A stretch of 64,000 nt of DNA from an uncultured SAR86 cluster bacterium (GTDB lineage: Bacteria > Pseudomonadota > Gammaproteobacteria > Magnimaribacterales > AG-339-G14), in assembly GCA_902525435.1 (NCBI GenBank), contig CABZHD010000006.1, positions 2,591-66,590 on the forward strand, written 5' to 3'. This document shows positions 1 to 9,176 of the stretch, piece after piece. Below the pieces are notes generated by a model. That model had not been told where the DNA came from. It was given only the letters and a program-made list of their open reading frames with translations, and made no database searches. Each line of letters begins with the position of its first letter. The stretch's first letter is position 1. The position numbers and the translations under genes are program-made.

Positions 1-339
1 AAGTCTCATAAAATCTGCATCATTTATCCAGACAATAATTGACTCTTCGTCTATGACCTGAGTTCTATCGATGGTAATTTTAAAATCGCCAGAAGTATTG
101 GTAATTAGGGAGGATATTGAAACATTATCTTGATTGACAAACCCTGGGAAAAAATTAATTTTATTTATTAATCTTTCTTCTGTGAGTATTTTATTTCTTT
201 CGATTTCAAGGTTGTTTGCTGTCTTTTGAATAAAATTCAAAAAGAAACTAAGAACGATTAGAACAAGTAAAGACAACGTCAAAATAAATATTATTTGTTG
301 TTGTCGAGTTAAGGAATTTAGATAACTAAAAACTTTCAA
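1..339 (-). CDS. gspM: Type II secretion protein M-like, N-terminal part (gene continues past window start)
   Basis: Absent from the ORF track because it is edge-truncated and has a non-ATG start. My minus-strand translation from TTG at 337-339 (overlapping the gspL stop) reads (M)KVFSYLNSLTRQQQIIFILTLSLLVLIVLSFFLNFIQKTANNLEIER... It has a short N-terminus and one TM helix, and the frame stays open to position 1. It sits directly after gspL, as in canonical gsp operons. Confidence 0.5.
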   Translation of the reverse strand, partial: MKVFSYLNSLTRQQQIIFILTLSLLVLIVLSFFLNFIQKTANNLEIERNKILTEERLINKINFFPGFVNQDNVSISSLITNTSGDFKITIDRTQVIDEESIIVWINDADFMRL

Positions 340-1447
340 TTATGATTTCTCCTATGATGAAATTATTACTTCTATTGGATGTGCCTATTTGAGCGTAAAT
401 CCCCTCTCCTTCCAATTTAGCTATTATTCTTTCTAAATCGGCGAATGAATTTGCCTCGACTTCGAAAGCAGTTCTTTGTTGTGACAACACAAATGAATTT
501 AAATTAGTTGAATTTAGAGAAGTAACAGCATTACTGACTGTAGATATTAATTTTAATTGATCTTGATCGTTATTCTGTCTCATCAAGCGGTATTTAATTT
601 CATTGAAATCGGTCTCGTAATTCAGACTTGGGAATTTTTGGTTAAAAACTTGTTTTGACTTTTCTAACGAATTATCAATTTGAAAAGAATAGGAAATAAT
701 TTCAATCAAGCTCAAACTAATAAAAAATAAATAAATTGAAGCTAAAGCAATTAGGGGTTTTTTGCTTTGCTTGAATAACTTGTCTATATCTAGACGTTTT
801 TCATATTTTCCCTGCATGAGATTGAAATATGAAAAGTCTATTGATTTGAGAGAATGGATCATAAGATCCTCATAAGAATCAAAGACTTTTGATTGAATTT
901 TTAAATCCTTATCGAGAGATATTTCTTCGACGCTAAAGACTTCAATTGGATCAGCTTTAAATTGATTAATAATATTTTCTTTACTTAATTTGAAAGTTGC
1001 CAAAGACATCATCAATCTTATTTTGTTTCTCTTAGAGTGAACGTAAACAAAATTTTCAAAGAAAATTAAAGTATTTACTTCGGAATCGTAAGCGTGAAAT
1101 GGTGTCAAAAAATCTAGATTTTCTTGAAAAGCTAAATCTCTAACTGAATTAAGATATTCACTTGATGCAGCAAGAATCTCTTTTGAGTCTTTTGATTGTA
1201 TCCATTCATCTTCAGAATCACCTTCAATAAGCTCATCTTTTATCATGAAAGGAATAGCTTTCTTAAGCTGTGCATCTGATACATCGGGAAGATTGAGATC
1301 AATATTATGGAACTCATTAGTCAGCAATATTCTTCCCGAAACTTTGTGACTTTCGGAATCAAATTTTACTGATTTAAAAGTGTCATTTTCTTGAAGAAAA
1401 TAATGACTTTTATCTTGTTCAATAAGCTCTATTACTTTTTGTATCAT
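326..1447 (-). CDS. gspL: Type II secretion protein L
   Basis: 373 aa ORF between gspK and gspM, with a 4-nt overlap with gspK. It has a cytoplasmic N-domain, a single central TM (KPLIALASIYLFFISLSLIEIISY) and a C-terminal periplasmic part. The call rests mostly on operon position and topology. Confidence 0.65.
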   Translation of the reverse strand: MIQKVIELIEQDKSHYFLQENDTFKSVKFDSESHKVSGRILLTNEFHNIDLNLPDVSDAQLKKAIPFMIKDELIEGDSEDEWIQSKDSKEILAASSEYLNSVRDLAFQENLDFLTPFHAYDSEVNTLIFFENFVYVHSKRNKIRLMMSLATFKLSKENIINQFKADPIEVFSVEEISLDKDLKIQSKVFDSYEDLMIHSLKSIDFSYFNLMQGKYEKRLDIDKLFKQSKKPLIALASIYLFFISLSLIEIISYSFQIDNSLEKSKQVFNQKFPSLNYETDFNEIKYRLMRQNNDQDQLKLISTVSNAVTSLNSTNLNSFVLSQQRTAFEVEANSFADLERIIAKLEGEGIYAQIGTSNRSNNFIIGEIIIESF

Positions 1448-2427
1448 AGATATTTTCCAATCTTTCGCATGTAAACTTTTGGTCCTGTTGAGGTTATTTC
1501 GATTTTTGAAATTAAATCGTAAGTGTTCGATCCATTAGTAATTTCTACATCTATTTCATAATAATTACTTTGAGTTGATAACGACTCTCGAATAGATCCT
1601 GATAAAGCCAATCCATCAAATTCTGGCATATCAAAGAATTCCTTAGTTGATTTGTAGCCTCCATAAGGTTTTGATAACAGCACATTTTGAGCCGAATAAA
1701 AATCTAATTGATTTGCCGTAATGGCAATTATTAGATGAGGATATTTTGGAGATAAAGCATTAATATTGATGTTTAACTCCCTCGAAGGATGAACGCATAG
1801 ATAAGGTTTAAGTTGTTTGTAAATCTCATCATTCATCCCATTAATGTTTCTAATTTCAGGCAAGTCGACAATTAATTGATTAGTTGGAAGGTAAGGATTC
1901 TTTTTGGCTGTGTAGTTAATATCTTCTGCGCCAAGAGTATCCTGAGGAGTGGAATTGGTATCAATCCAATCAATTAAAGAAGACACAATTATATCCATGT
2001 CATATTCAGGAATTTCTAGACTCATTCCAAGATTTTTCAATAACTGTGAATTGATTCTACTAACTCTATCTTGAGAATTATTGATCTTTGAAACCAAAGA
2101 ATTAACATTAAAACAATTATTCTTGTCATAAAAATTACCAAAAACTCGACCGTTTTCAGTTTCAAAACTCAATGAATTTTCAATGGACTCTGATGAGCTG
2201 GCTAATGCAATTTGAAGTCTATTTTGTTCGGGTTTTAAATATTCTTTTCCAATTACTTCGAGACTTAAAAGATCAAGATACGCTTGAGAGAAAAAATTTT
2301 CATAAATATGAAACTTAACCTTTTGCTGTGTCTCATTGCTCATCATTACTCCGATCGAAGAAACGATCGTTATAATAAATAACGATAATATGAGCGCTAT
2401 TCCAGGCAGACTTTCTCTCTTATCCAT
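1444..2427 (-). CDS. gspK: Type II secretion minor pseudopilin K
   Basis: 327 aa with an N-terminal hydrophobic pseudopilin-like helix (LPGIALILSLFIITIVSSIGV) lacking Glu+5, as in GspK. Size and position after gspJ fit. Confidence 0.75.
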   Translation of the reverse strand: MDKRESLPGIALILSLFIITIVSSIGVMMSNETQQKVKFHIYENFFSQAYLDLLSLEVIGKEYLKPEQNRLQIALASSSESIENSLSFETENGRVFGNFYDKNNCFNVNSLVSKINNSQDRVSRINSQLLKNLGMSLEIPEYDMDIIVSSLIDWIDTNSTPQDTLGAEDINYTAKKNPYLPTNQLIVDLPEIRNINGMNDEIYKQLKPYLCVHPSRELNININALSPKYPHLIIAITANQLDFYSAQNVLLSKPYGGYKSTKEFFDMPEFDGLALSGSIRESLSTQSNYYEIDVEITNGSNTYDLISKIEITSTGPKVYMRKIGKYL

Positions 2428-3010
2428 AATTCACCAATAAAATCTTATTGAATATTGAAAGGTCATAAAATCCTATTTTGACTTCAACTGCCTCCGGAAG
2501 GCTGCTATCAAAAAATATTTCTTCTGATATAGGCCATGCTTCATAAGAGACATTTTCAAAAAATATTTCAAGATCTACATAATCCACATCATCAAGAAGG
2601 ATTTCGCTTTGAAAGGGATCCTCGTTATCTATGTACCTGTAGGATTCTCTGATCAGTTCTCCGTTATCTAGCTTATAAATTATCTTTCTTAGAGCGCCGG
2701 TATCTTCCAATCCGTCTGTATCCGAGAGTTTTATCAACCTTAATAAAATTTCGTCAGAATCTGAGGAATTTAACTCCATAGTTGATAATTCATAAGCGCC
2801 CATTTGATCTCTTGGGATTGTATTTACGGATTGCGTAAAATCTTGTCTTAAATATTTATTCAAAAGAACCAATTTATCTAACCTATCATTTTTTTCTTGA
2901 ATAGAAAGATTCGAAGAAACAGATATATTTAATAAAGATGAGCCTAATAATGCCAAAAGAGCGAATAAAGATATTGCAATAAGCATTTCTATTAAAGATA
3001 AGCCTTTCAT
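2420..3010 (-). CDS. gspJ: Type II secretion minor pseudopilin J
   Basis: 196 aa with prepilin N-terminus MKG|LSLIEMLIAISLFALL carrying Glu+5. Size and position fit GspJ. Confidence 0.75.
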   Translation of the reverse strand: MKGLSLIEMLIAISLFALLALLGSSLLNISVSSNLSIQEKNDRLDKLVLLNKYLRQDFTQSVNTIPRDQMGAYELSTMELNSSDSDEILLRLIKLSDTDGLEDTGALRKIIYKLDNGELIRESYRYIDNEDPFQSEILLDDVDYVDLEIFFENVSYEAWPISEEIFFDSSLPEAVEVKIGFYDLSIFNKILLVNYG

Positions 3011-3387
3011 TGGGCGAAAACCTCTTTAAAAACCTTTGATTTTCCTAATAAATCACCATTTTCAGAAAAAACTTTTATTTCAATTTCAATTCTATTTCTC
3101 TCAACTGAAGTTGCTAACTCTCTTTCCCAAATGAACGGCATGCCTAGAAATGTTTCCTCTCCTTCGTCATATTGCGAAGAAGTAAGATAGTCATCCTTGA
3201 CTAAGTTTTTCAAAGCTAAGTTTTCTGCAATATTATTTGCCAAGAATCTTTCTTCGATTAAGTTAATGGATCTTGAAGAATCGGTGATTAAAGAAGAGAA
3301 AGCCAGTGCAGCAATAGCAAGAATAAAGAAAGCAACTAAGATTTCTATTATTGTGAAACCAGATAATGTTTTATTCCCAGTTGCCAA
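3007..3387 (-). CDS. gspI: Type II secretion minor pseudopilin I
   Basis: Prepilin motif SG|FTIIEILVAFFILAIAALAF, followed by EERFLANNIAENLALKN, which resembles the GspI post-helix motif. The track ORF starts at ATG 3423, giving a 22-aa leader and a 53-nt overlap with gspG. A TTG at 3387 gives the more usual short leader MATGNKTLSG|F. The start is uncertain (3387 or 3423). Confidence 0.65.
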   Translation of the reverse strand: MATGNKTLSGFTIIEILVAFFILAIAALAFSSLITDSSRSINLIEERFLANNIAENLALKNLVKDDYLTSSQYDEGEETFLGMPFIWERELATSVERNRIEIEIKVFSENGDLLGKSKVFKEVFAQ

Positions 3388-3802
3388 TATCTTTATCCGA
3401 TCCTTCTCCACCTTCCTCACCATCAGCTCCTAGAGAATATAAATCAAAAGTTCCAAATCTTCCGGGTCTTCTGTATTTGTAATCATTACCCCAGGGATCC
3501 TTTTCTAATCTTCTTACGTACCCTCCTGATCTGTATCTTTCTTTGAATCTGTGATTTTCAGGAACTGTCACAAGAGCTTGAAGACCCTCTCTAGAATTTG
3601 GGTAAGAGATCATATCAAGACGATAGAGCTCAAGTGCTTGTTCTAAAAGTCTAATGTCGGCTTTTGCTTTATCTTCTCTAGCCCTTTCCTGACTCGGTAA
3701 AACATTGATTGCAATAACGGCAGTCAATAAGCCTAAAATCATTAAAACAACTAAGATTTCAATAAGTGTAAAGCCTTTTAATTTTATTTTTTTCATCATC
3801 AT
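3371..3802 (-). CDS. gspG: Type II secretion major pseudopilin G
   Basis: 143 aa with KG|FTLIEILVVLMILGLLTAV and a near-consensus GspG body (ARADIRLLEQALELYRLD..., DPWGNDYKYRRPGRFGTFDLYSLGADGEEGGEG). Confidence 0.95.
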   Translation of the reverse strand: MMMKKIKLKGFTLIEILVVLMILGLLTAVIAINVLPSQERAREDKAKADIRLLEQALELYRLDMISYPNSREGLQALVTVPENHRFKERYRSGGYVRRLEKDPWGNDYKYRRPGRFGTFDLYSLGADGEEGGEGSDKDIGNWE

Positions 3803-3815
3803 ATTTTACTCCTCG

Positions 3816-5024
3816 TTATAGGCTGAATGTATTTAACTGAATCAACGGTAATAAAATTGCCAAAACAATCAAAGAAACAAATCCACCCATAAAAATAATA
3901 ACCGCGGGTTCCAAAAGATTTAAAGTTATCTTAGTAGAATGATTAAATCTATCCTGAAGGTATTTTGAAACCTTAATTAACATATTTTCTAACTCTCCAC
4001 TTGCTTCACCGCTAGATATCATTTCAATGATTAGTGAAGGTATGTATTTTGATTTACTTAATGATCTTGCAAGAGAATTTCCCTCAGAAACTTCCACGGA
4101 TGCAAAATTAATATCTTTTTTTAAAATTCTATTGCTGACAGTATTTGCAGAGATATCCAGTGACCTAATTATGGGGACATTGCTTGATCTGAGAATAGAT
4201 AGAGAATTAGTGAATCTTGATAAGTTTGAATCGATAATAAATTTATTAATTATCGGAAGTTTTAATAGGACTTTATCAACATAAAGAAAAAAATTATTAA
4301 TGCCAATGAATCTGATTCCAATAAAAGCAATTAGGGCTAAAAAAACAATAAGCAATCCAAACCAGAAGCTTGTAAAAAAATTTGAAATTCCTAACATTGC
4401 CATTGTTAAGAATGGTAATTGCTGATTAGAGTTAGCAAATTGAGAGACGACATTTGGAACAACAAAGATTAGCAGTAAACTAATTATCACTAGGGAAGTT
4501 GCAAATAAAACCATTGGATATATTGTTGCTCCAAGGATCTCTTGATTAAGGGTTGCTCTTTTTTCTAGATAATCAGCTGTCTCCTCCATAACATTTCCCA
4601 ATTCTCCAGAAGATTCCCCTGCCTCGATTAGTGATACATATAAACTATCGAAAGATTCAGGAAATTCCTTTAAGGCTTCAGAGAACTTATACCCCTCTTT
4701 AACCCTCATGGATATTTCCTTGAGTTTATTGGCACTAGATTTATCTGAAAGCTGATCAGCTACCGAATCTAGTGACCTATCAACAGGAATGCCCGCATTT
4801 ATAAGAGTGGACATTTGACGGGTAATTAATGCTAAATCGCTTGATTTAATTTTATGAGACAAAAAACTTAAAAAAGATCCTGAAGCTTTTCTTTCTTTAA
4901 CATCTATAGGAATTAAACTCCTACTTTTTAATTCTTGAGAGGCTAAATTGATATCATCTGCAATTAAGCTGCCTTTTATTTTTTTTCCATCCGATGATAA
5001 TGCTTCGTAATTAAATGCAGGCAT
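3816..5024 (-). CDS. gspF: Type II secretion inner-membrane platform protein F
   Basis: 402 aa polytopic protein with the duplicated GspF/PilC-type cytoplasmic domains and three hydrophobic segments. It lies between gspE and gspG. Confidence 0.9.
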   Translation of the reverse strand: MPAFNYEALSSDGKKIKGSLIADDINLASQELKSRSLIPIDVKERKASGSFLSFLSHKIKSSDLALITRQMSTLINAGIPVDRSLDSVADQLSDKSSANKLKEISMRVKEGYKFSEALKEFPESFDSLYVSLIEAGESSGELGNVMEETADYLEKRATLNQEILGATIYPMVLFATSLVIISLLLIFVVPNVVSQFANSNQQLPFLTMAMLGISNFFTSFWFGLLIVFLALIAFIGIRFIGINNFFLYVDKVLLKLPIINKFIIDSNLSRFTNSLSILRSSNVPIIRSLDISANTVSNRILKKDINFASVEVSEGNSLARSLSKSKYIPSLIIEMISSGEASGELENMLIKVSKYLQDRFNHSTKITLNLLEPAVIIFMGGFVSLIVLAILLPLIQLNTFSL

Positions 5025-6406
5025 CAGGCCTCCATAAGAACTCTTCTGACTTCTTCAAGAGTTGTGACCCCTTCTTGAATAAGTTTTTGACCTGATTCTT
5101 CAAGAAAATCATGCTGCGGATCGATAATATCCCTGACTTTCTTTTCAGAAAAATCATCGTTAATAAGTTCTTTAACGTTTTGATCGATATCTAAAATTTC
5201 AAAAATACCTTGCCTCCCCGAATAAGTTTCTCCGTCTGATGAAAGTTTTCTTACCAGTCGTTGTGAAATTATTGTTCTTAACGATGAAGCTAATAAATAA
5301 GGTTCAACTCCCATGTCTATCAATCTAGTAATAGCACCCAAGGTGTCATTGGTGTGAATCGTTGATAAAACTAGGTGACCAGTTAGAGAAGCCTGAATTG
5401 CAATCTCAGCTGTTTCTTTGTCCCTTATTTCTCCTACCATTACCACATCTGGATCCTGTCTTAGAATTGCTCGCAGTCCAGCAGCAAAAGTCATTCCAAC
5501 TTTATTATTAACTTGTGTTTGCCCAATACCGTCTACGGCATATTCAATAGGATCCTCAACCGTTAAAATGTTTCTACTTTGATCATTCAATAGGTTTAAT
5601 CCAGCATATAAAGTTGTAGTTTTACCGGAACCAGTTGGCCCTGTTACTAATATAATTCCGTTATTTTGAGAAAGGGACTTAGTGAATACTTCTTTTTGCC
5701 CAGCAGGCATACCTAGATCGTCTAAATTAAATTTTGCTTCAGACTTATCGAGAAGTCTGAGAACAATTCTTTCACCGTAATTAGAAGGTAAAGTTGATAC
5801 TCTTAAATCTACCCATTTTTCACCAAGCTTTAATGAGATTCTGCCGTCTTGAGGAACTCGTTTTTCAGCAATATCAAGGTTAGCCATGACTTTTATTCTG
5901 GCATTTAAAAGAGAGGCTATTCTGCTACTTGGAGAGAGTATTTCTTTTAATATACCGTCTACTCTAAACCTTATGGAAAGATTTTTTTCGTAAGGCTCTA
6001 TGTGTATATCAGATGCATTCGATTTGATTGCTTCCGATAAAACAGCATTAATTAGTCTGATTACGGGAGCTTCGGTTGAGTCATCGAGAAGATCTTCTGT
6101 TTTTGGTAAATCGGAAGCTAATTGTTCCAAATTAATTTGATCTCCAAGGCCATCCACAATATCTTCTGATTTATCGGTATTTTCTGAATAAAAAGATGAA
6201 ATGTGTTTAAAAAAATCAGCTCCAGATAACGATTTAATTACAAGCGGCTTCTTAAATTTTGCTTCTAATTGAGATAATTTGTTTAATTTAACATCTTCAG
6301 AAGCCAACACTTCCAGGTTGTTTTCATTTATACCCGAAATAAAAATTCCATTTTCTCGAGCAAATTTATAGCTCAATTGAAAATCTTGTATATTTTTATT
6401 CTCCAT
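5024..6406 (-). CDS. gspE: Type II secretion ATPase E (cysteine-free variant)
   Basis: Walker A GPTGSGKTTT, Asp/Walker B VVMVGEIRD and His box HLVLSTIHTND are present. The N-terminal region resembles GspE N1/N2. The translated product contains no Cys residue. Confidence 0.95.
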   Translation of the reverse strand: MENKNIQDFQLSYKFARENGIFISGINENNLEVLASEDVKLNKLSQLEAKFKKPLVIKSLSGADFFKHISSFYSENTDKSEDIVDGLGDQINLEQLASDLPKTEDLLDDSTEAPVIRLINAVLSEAIKSNASDIHIEPYEKNLSIRFRVDGILKEILSPSSRIASLLNARIKVMANLDIAEKRVPQDGRISLKLGEKWVDLRVSTLPSNYGERIVLRLLDKSEAKFNLDDLGMPAGQKEVFTKSLSQNNGIILVTGPTGSGKTTTLYAGLNLLNDQSRNILTVEDPIEYAVDGIGQTQVNNKVGMTFAAGLRAILRQDPDVVMVGEIRDKETAEIAIQASLTGHLVLSTIHTNDTLGAITRLIDMGVEPYLLASSLRTIISQRLVRKLSSDGETYSGRQGIFEILDIDQNVKELINDDFSEKKVRDIIDPQHDFLEESGQKLIQEGVTTLEEVRRVLMEA

Positions 6407-6409
6407 AAT

Positions 6410-8314
6410 CTATTGTTCGTCTAAAAAGGTCTCGATGAGGCTCAGATCAACCACTGGTTTACCTCTTTTCTCTAACAACATTTGCTCTGCTTTCAAATAG
6501 TTATACTTTTCAGTGCTGATAGTTTGCATATCAGCAGCATTTTTAATAATTGTTGGTTTAAGGAACACGACAAGGTTTCTTTTCACCTTAGATTTTGACG
6601 TTGATTTAAAGAGATTCCCAAATACTGGAATATCACCTAGTCCTGGAACTTTTCTTTCAACCTCTTGAATATCTTCATCGATCAAACCACCAAGCACAAC
6701 GGTCTGTCTATCCTCAACCATGACTTTAGTTTGAATCTCTCTTTTGTTTGTAATGATCTCTGAAGCACTTTCTGTAATCGGCCCGAATAAACTGGAAACT
6801 TCTTGTTCTATATCAAGCCTAATTGAATCGCCGTCATTGATTTGCGGAGTTACCAAAAGTTTAATTCCTATTTCTTGACGATTGATAGTTCTGAAAGGGT
6901 TCGCATTGTTTGCCCCTAGTGATTCTCCAGTGGTGATAGGAATTTCTTGTCCTACTAAAATAGAAGAGGTTTCATTATCCATGGTTAAGATAGAAGGTGT
7001 TGAAAGGACGTTTGAATCAGAGTCTTTTGCAATGGCATTCAAAATAGATGCAAAGCTGCTTTGACCGGCAACAATTTTACCTATCCCAACCGCTATACCC
7101 TCAATGCCCAGCAATGAGGAAGCTGCAACCGACTTAACTGTTCCTGCTAAACCTTCTTCTGCTAACAAACTTGAACTAGAAGCAGCAAAAGCTGTTAAAT
7201 CAGGATTCGGACTTCCGAACCTAGTGCCGAATGCTGGTTGTTCCACGCCATCGCCTTGAAAAAGAATCTGTACACCAAGATCTTTTGTAAGTTGTTCTGA
7301 GATTTCTACAATAATTGCTTCGACTAAGACCTGAGCTCTTCTGATATCAATTTTATCTATCACATTTTCTAATTGCCCTAGGATATCTGGATCAGCATTA
7401 ATGATTAAAGAGTTTGTCTCTTTATGAGCTGATATCGATGTCTTAATTTTCCCACCAGAATTTCCTTGAGGACTCTTATCTATATTTTCTGCAACGTTAG
7501 TCAAAATATCCTTTATCTCCTCTGCGGATGCGTATTTTAAATATCTAACTTTTAAGCTTTTCGAATCGCTAACCTCGTTATCTAAATCAAATGCTATGGA
7601 TTTCATTTTTGTCGTAACTTCCTGATTTCCAACCAATAAGACAGCATTAATACGATCAATTCCAAAAGCATTAAATTCTGCAGTTGTTCGGTTGGAAGAA
7701 CTCTTTAAATGTAGATCATTAAGAATCTTAGCCATTTCTTTAGAAGAAGAATTTTTGAGAGAAATTAATTCAACGAGATCTTGGTCAAGTCGGTCTAGCT
7801 CGTTTGCAATGTTCATGATTTTTGTAATGTTCGATGCCTTATCTGCAATTAAAACTGCGTTTGCATCGACAAAAGCTTCAATATGACCTGACCTATTGGT
7901 AATGGGTTTCAATAAAGCTACTAAAGGCTTTGCAGAAATATTTTTTGGTCTAAAAACATTGATGGCCAATCCATCGGACAAGCTATTCTCAGAGTAGTTG
8001 GCTTGGAATTCGGTTCTACCAACGACTTCAGGAACTATTTTGGCAAGATTCCCATAATCAACCACAGAATAAGCGTGGGCAGCCATGACAGATTTAAATA
8101 CTTCGTAAGCCTCATCAATGCTTAAATCAATCTCAGATGCGACCGTTACCGAGCCTTTTACCCTGGGATCGACTACAAAGGTTTTATTGGTCACTCCTGC
8201 CATATCTGATATAAAAACCTTGATATCGGCATCACGTAAATTTATTTTCGCGGACGCCAATGACAAAGACGCACAGGCGAGCGTAAGGAGTAATATCCCT
8301 CTCGTAAAAATCAT
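6410..8314 (-). CDS. gspD: Type II secretion outer-membrane secretin D
   Basis: 634 aa with a signal peptide (LLLTLACASLSLASA) and repeated N-domains. The secretin core carries VVLGGLIDED...KVPGLGDIPVFGNLFKS. Confidence 0.9.
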   Translation of the reverse strand: MIFTRGILLLTLACASLSLASAKINLRDADIKVFISDMAGVTNKTFVVDPRVKGSVTVASEIDLSIDEAYEVFKSVMAAHAYSVVDYGNLAKIVPEVVGRTEFQANYSENSLSDGLAINVFRPKNISAKPLVALLKPITNRSGHIEAFVDANAVLIADKASNITKIMNIANELDRLDQDLVELISLKNSSSKEMAKILNDLHLKSSSNRTTAEFNAFGIDRINAVLLVGNQEVTTKMKSIAFDLDNEVSDSKSLKVRYLKYASAEEIKDILTNVAENIDKSPQGNSGGKIKTSISAHKETNSLIINADPDILGQLENVIDKIDIRRAQVLVEAIIVEISEQLTKDLGVQILFQGDGVEQPAFGTRFGSPNPDLTAFAASSSSLLAEEGLAGTVKSVAASSLLGIEGIAVGIGKIVAGQSSFASILNAIAKDSDSNVLSTPSILTMDNETSSILVGQEIPITTGESLGANNANPFRTINRQEIGIKLLVTPQINDGDSIRLDIEQEVSSLFGPITESASEIITNKREIQTKVMVEDRQTVVLGGLIDEDIQEVERKVPGLGDIPVFGNLFKSTSKSKVKRNLVVFLKPTIIKNAADMQTISTEKYNYLKAEQMLLEKRGKPVVDLSLIETFLDEQ

Positions 8315-8317
8315 ATT

Positions 8318-9145
8318 TTAATTTAGGTTAATTGTAAGGGTGATTGGGCTACCGTCTCTGATAACACCAACCTCTATATTTCTAACTTTTTGGTTTAGTT
8401 CTCGTTCTAGATCAACAGTCGTTACCTTTTGACCGTTGAAGGATGTAAGGATGTCTCCAGGTTCTAAATTATCATCTTGAAAAAATGGTGAAGATTTCAC
8501 AGGATTAACTCTTATTCCTAAAACTTCCCCATCTCTAATGACGGGATTGAATGAAATAAGCTCTTTGATTTCAAGATTTTCTAACCAATCTTTTGATGCC
8601 ACTTTGGTTGGATCTATGGATTGTTTAAAACCTTTATTTTTTATGACTTCGGCAAAAGATAAGCTTTCAAGTTTCCCGTTTCTTCTGAGATTAACAAACG
8701 TATCATCTATAGACTCTACAACAAGATTACCTGAAATTTTGTCTCCAATTTTATAGCTTCTCTGTTTTTCATTTGGAAGACCAATAATGGCAACATTTTC
8801 TTCTTTAGATTTTACAATTCCATACAATTTAATATTCAGATCAGTTTCAGGACCTTTTTTATTACTTTCAGAAGAATTAGCAATGGATTGATTTATAGCG
8901 CTAGCCTTAGCTGAAGAAAAAGGATCCGAATTTAGCGCGACGTACTGTTGCGAAGTATTTACAACAGTAGAAGCTTTAAAATCTATGTCTGGAAACAATA
9001 TACTATTTACAGATGAATAAAGTTGCACGGAAATAAAAATGGCAAAAACAGAAGCAAAAACTAGGCGGAATTTAAAAGCAAATTCCGTTGCGTAATTAAA
9101 ACAACTCTGAAAATCGAACTTTATGCCAAAAATCATAAATTTCAT
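8318..9145 (-). CDS. gspC: Type II secretion protein C (TM anchor plus PDZ-like domain)
   Basis: 275 aa, first gene of the operon, immediately upstream of gspD. It has an N-terminal TM and a C-terminal PDZ-like stretch (GIRVNPVKSSPFFQDDNLEPGDILTSFNGQKV). Confidence 0.65.
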   Translation of the reverse strand: MKFMIFGIKFDFQSCFNYATEFAFKFRLVFASVFAIFISVQLYSSVNSILFPDIDFKASTVVNTSQQYVALNSDPFSSAKASAINQSIANSSESNKKGPETDLNIKLYGIVKSKEENVAIIGLPNEKQRSYKIGDKISGNLVVESIDDTFVNLRRNGKLESLSFAEVIKNKGFKQSIDPTKVASKDWLENLEIKELISFNPVIRDGEVLGIRVNPVKSSPFFQDDNLEPGDILTSFNGQKVTTVDLERELNQKVRNIEVGVIRDGSPITLTINLN

Positions 9146-9176
9146 TATATATGTTTACTTAAAAACATAGTAATTT

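Noticed and set aside
3371-3423. A 53-nt same-strand overlap between gspG and the next pseudopilin ORF suggested a frameshift or pseudogene.
   Set aside because: Both frames encode intact proteins with good motifs. A TTG at 3387 gives a normal short prepilin leader and reduces the overlap to 17 nt. There is no evidence of disruption.
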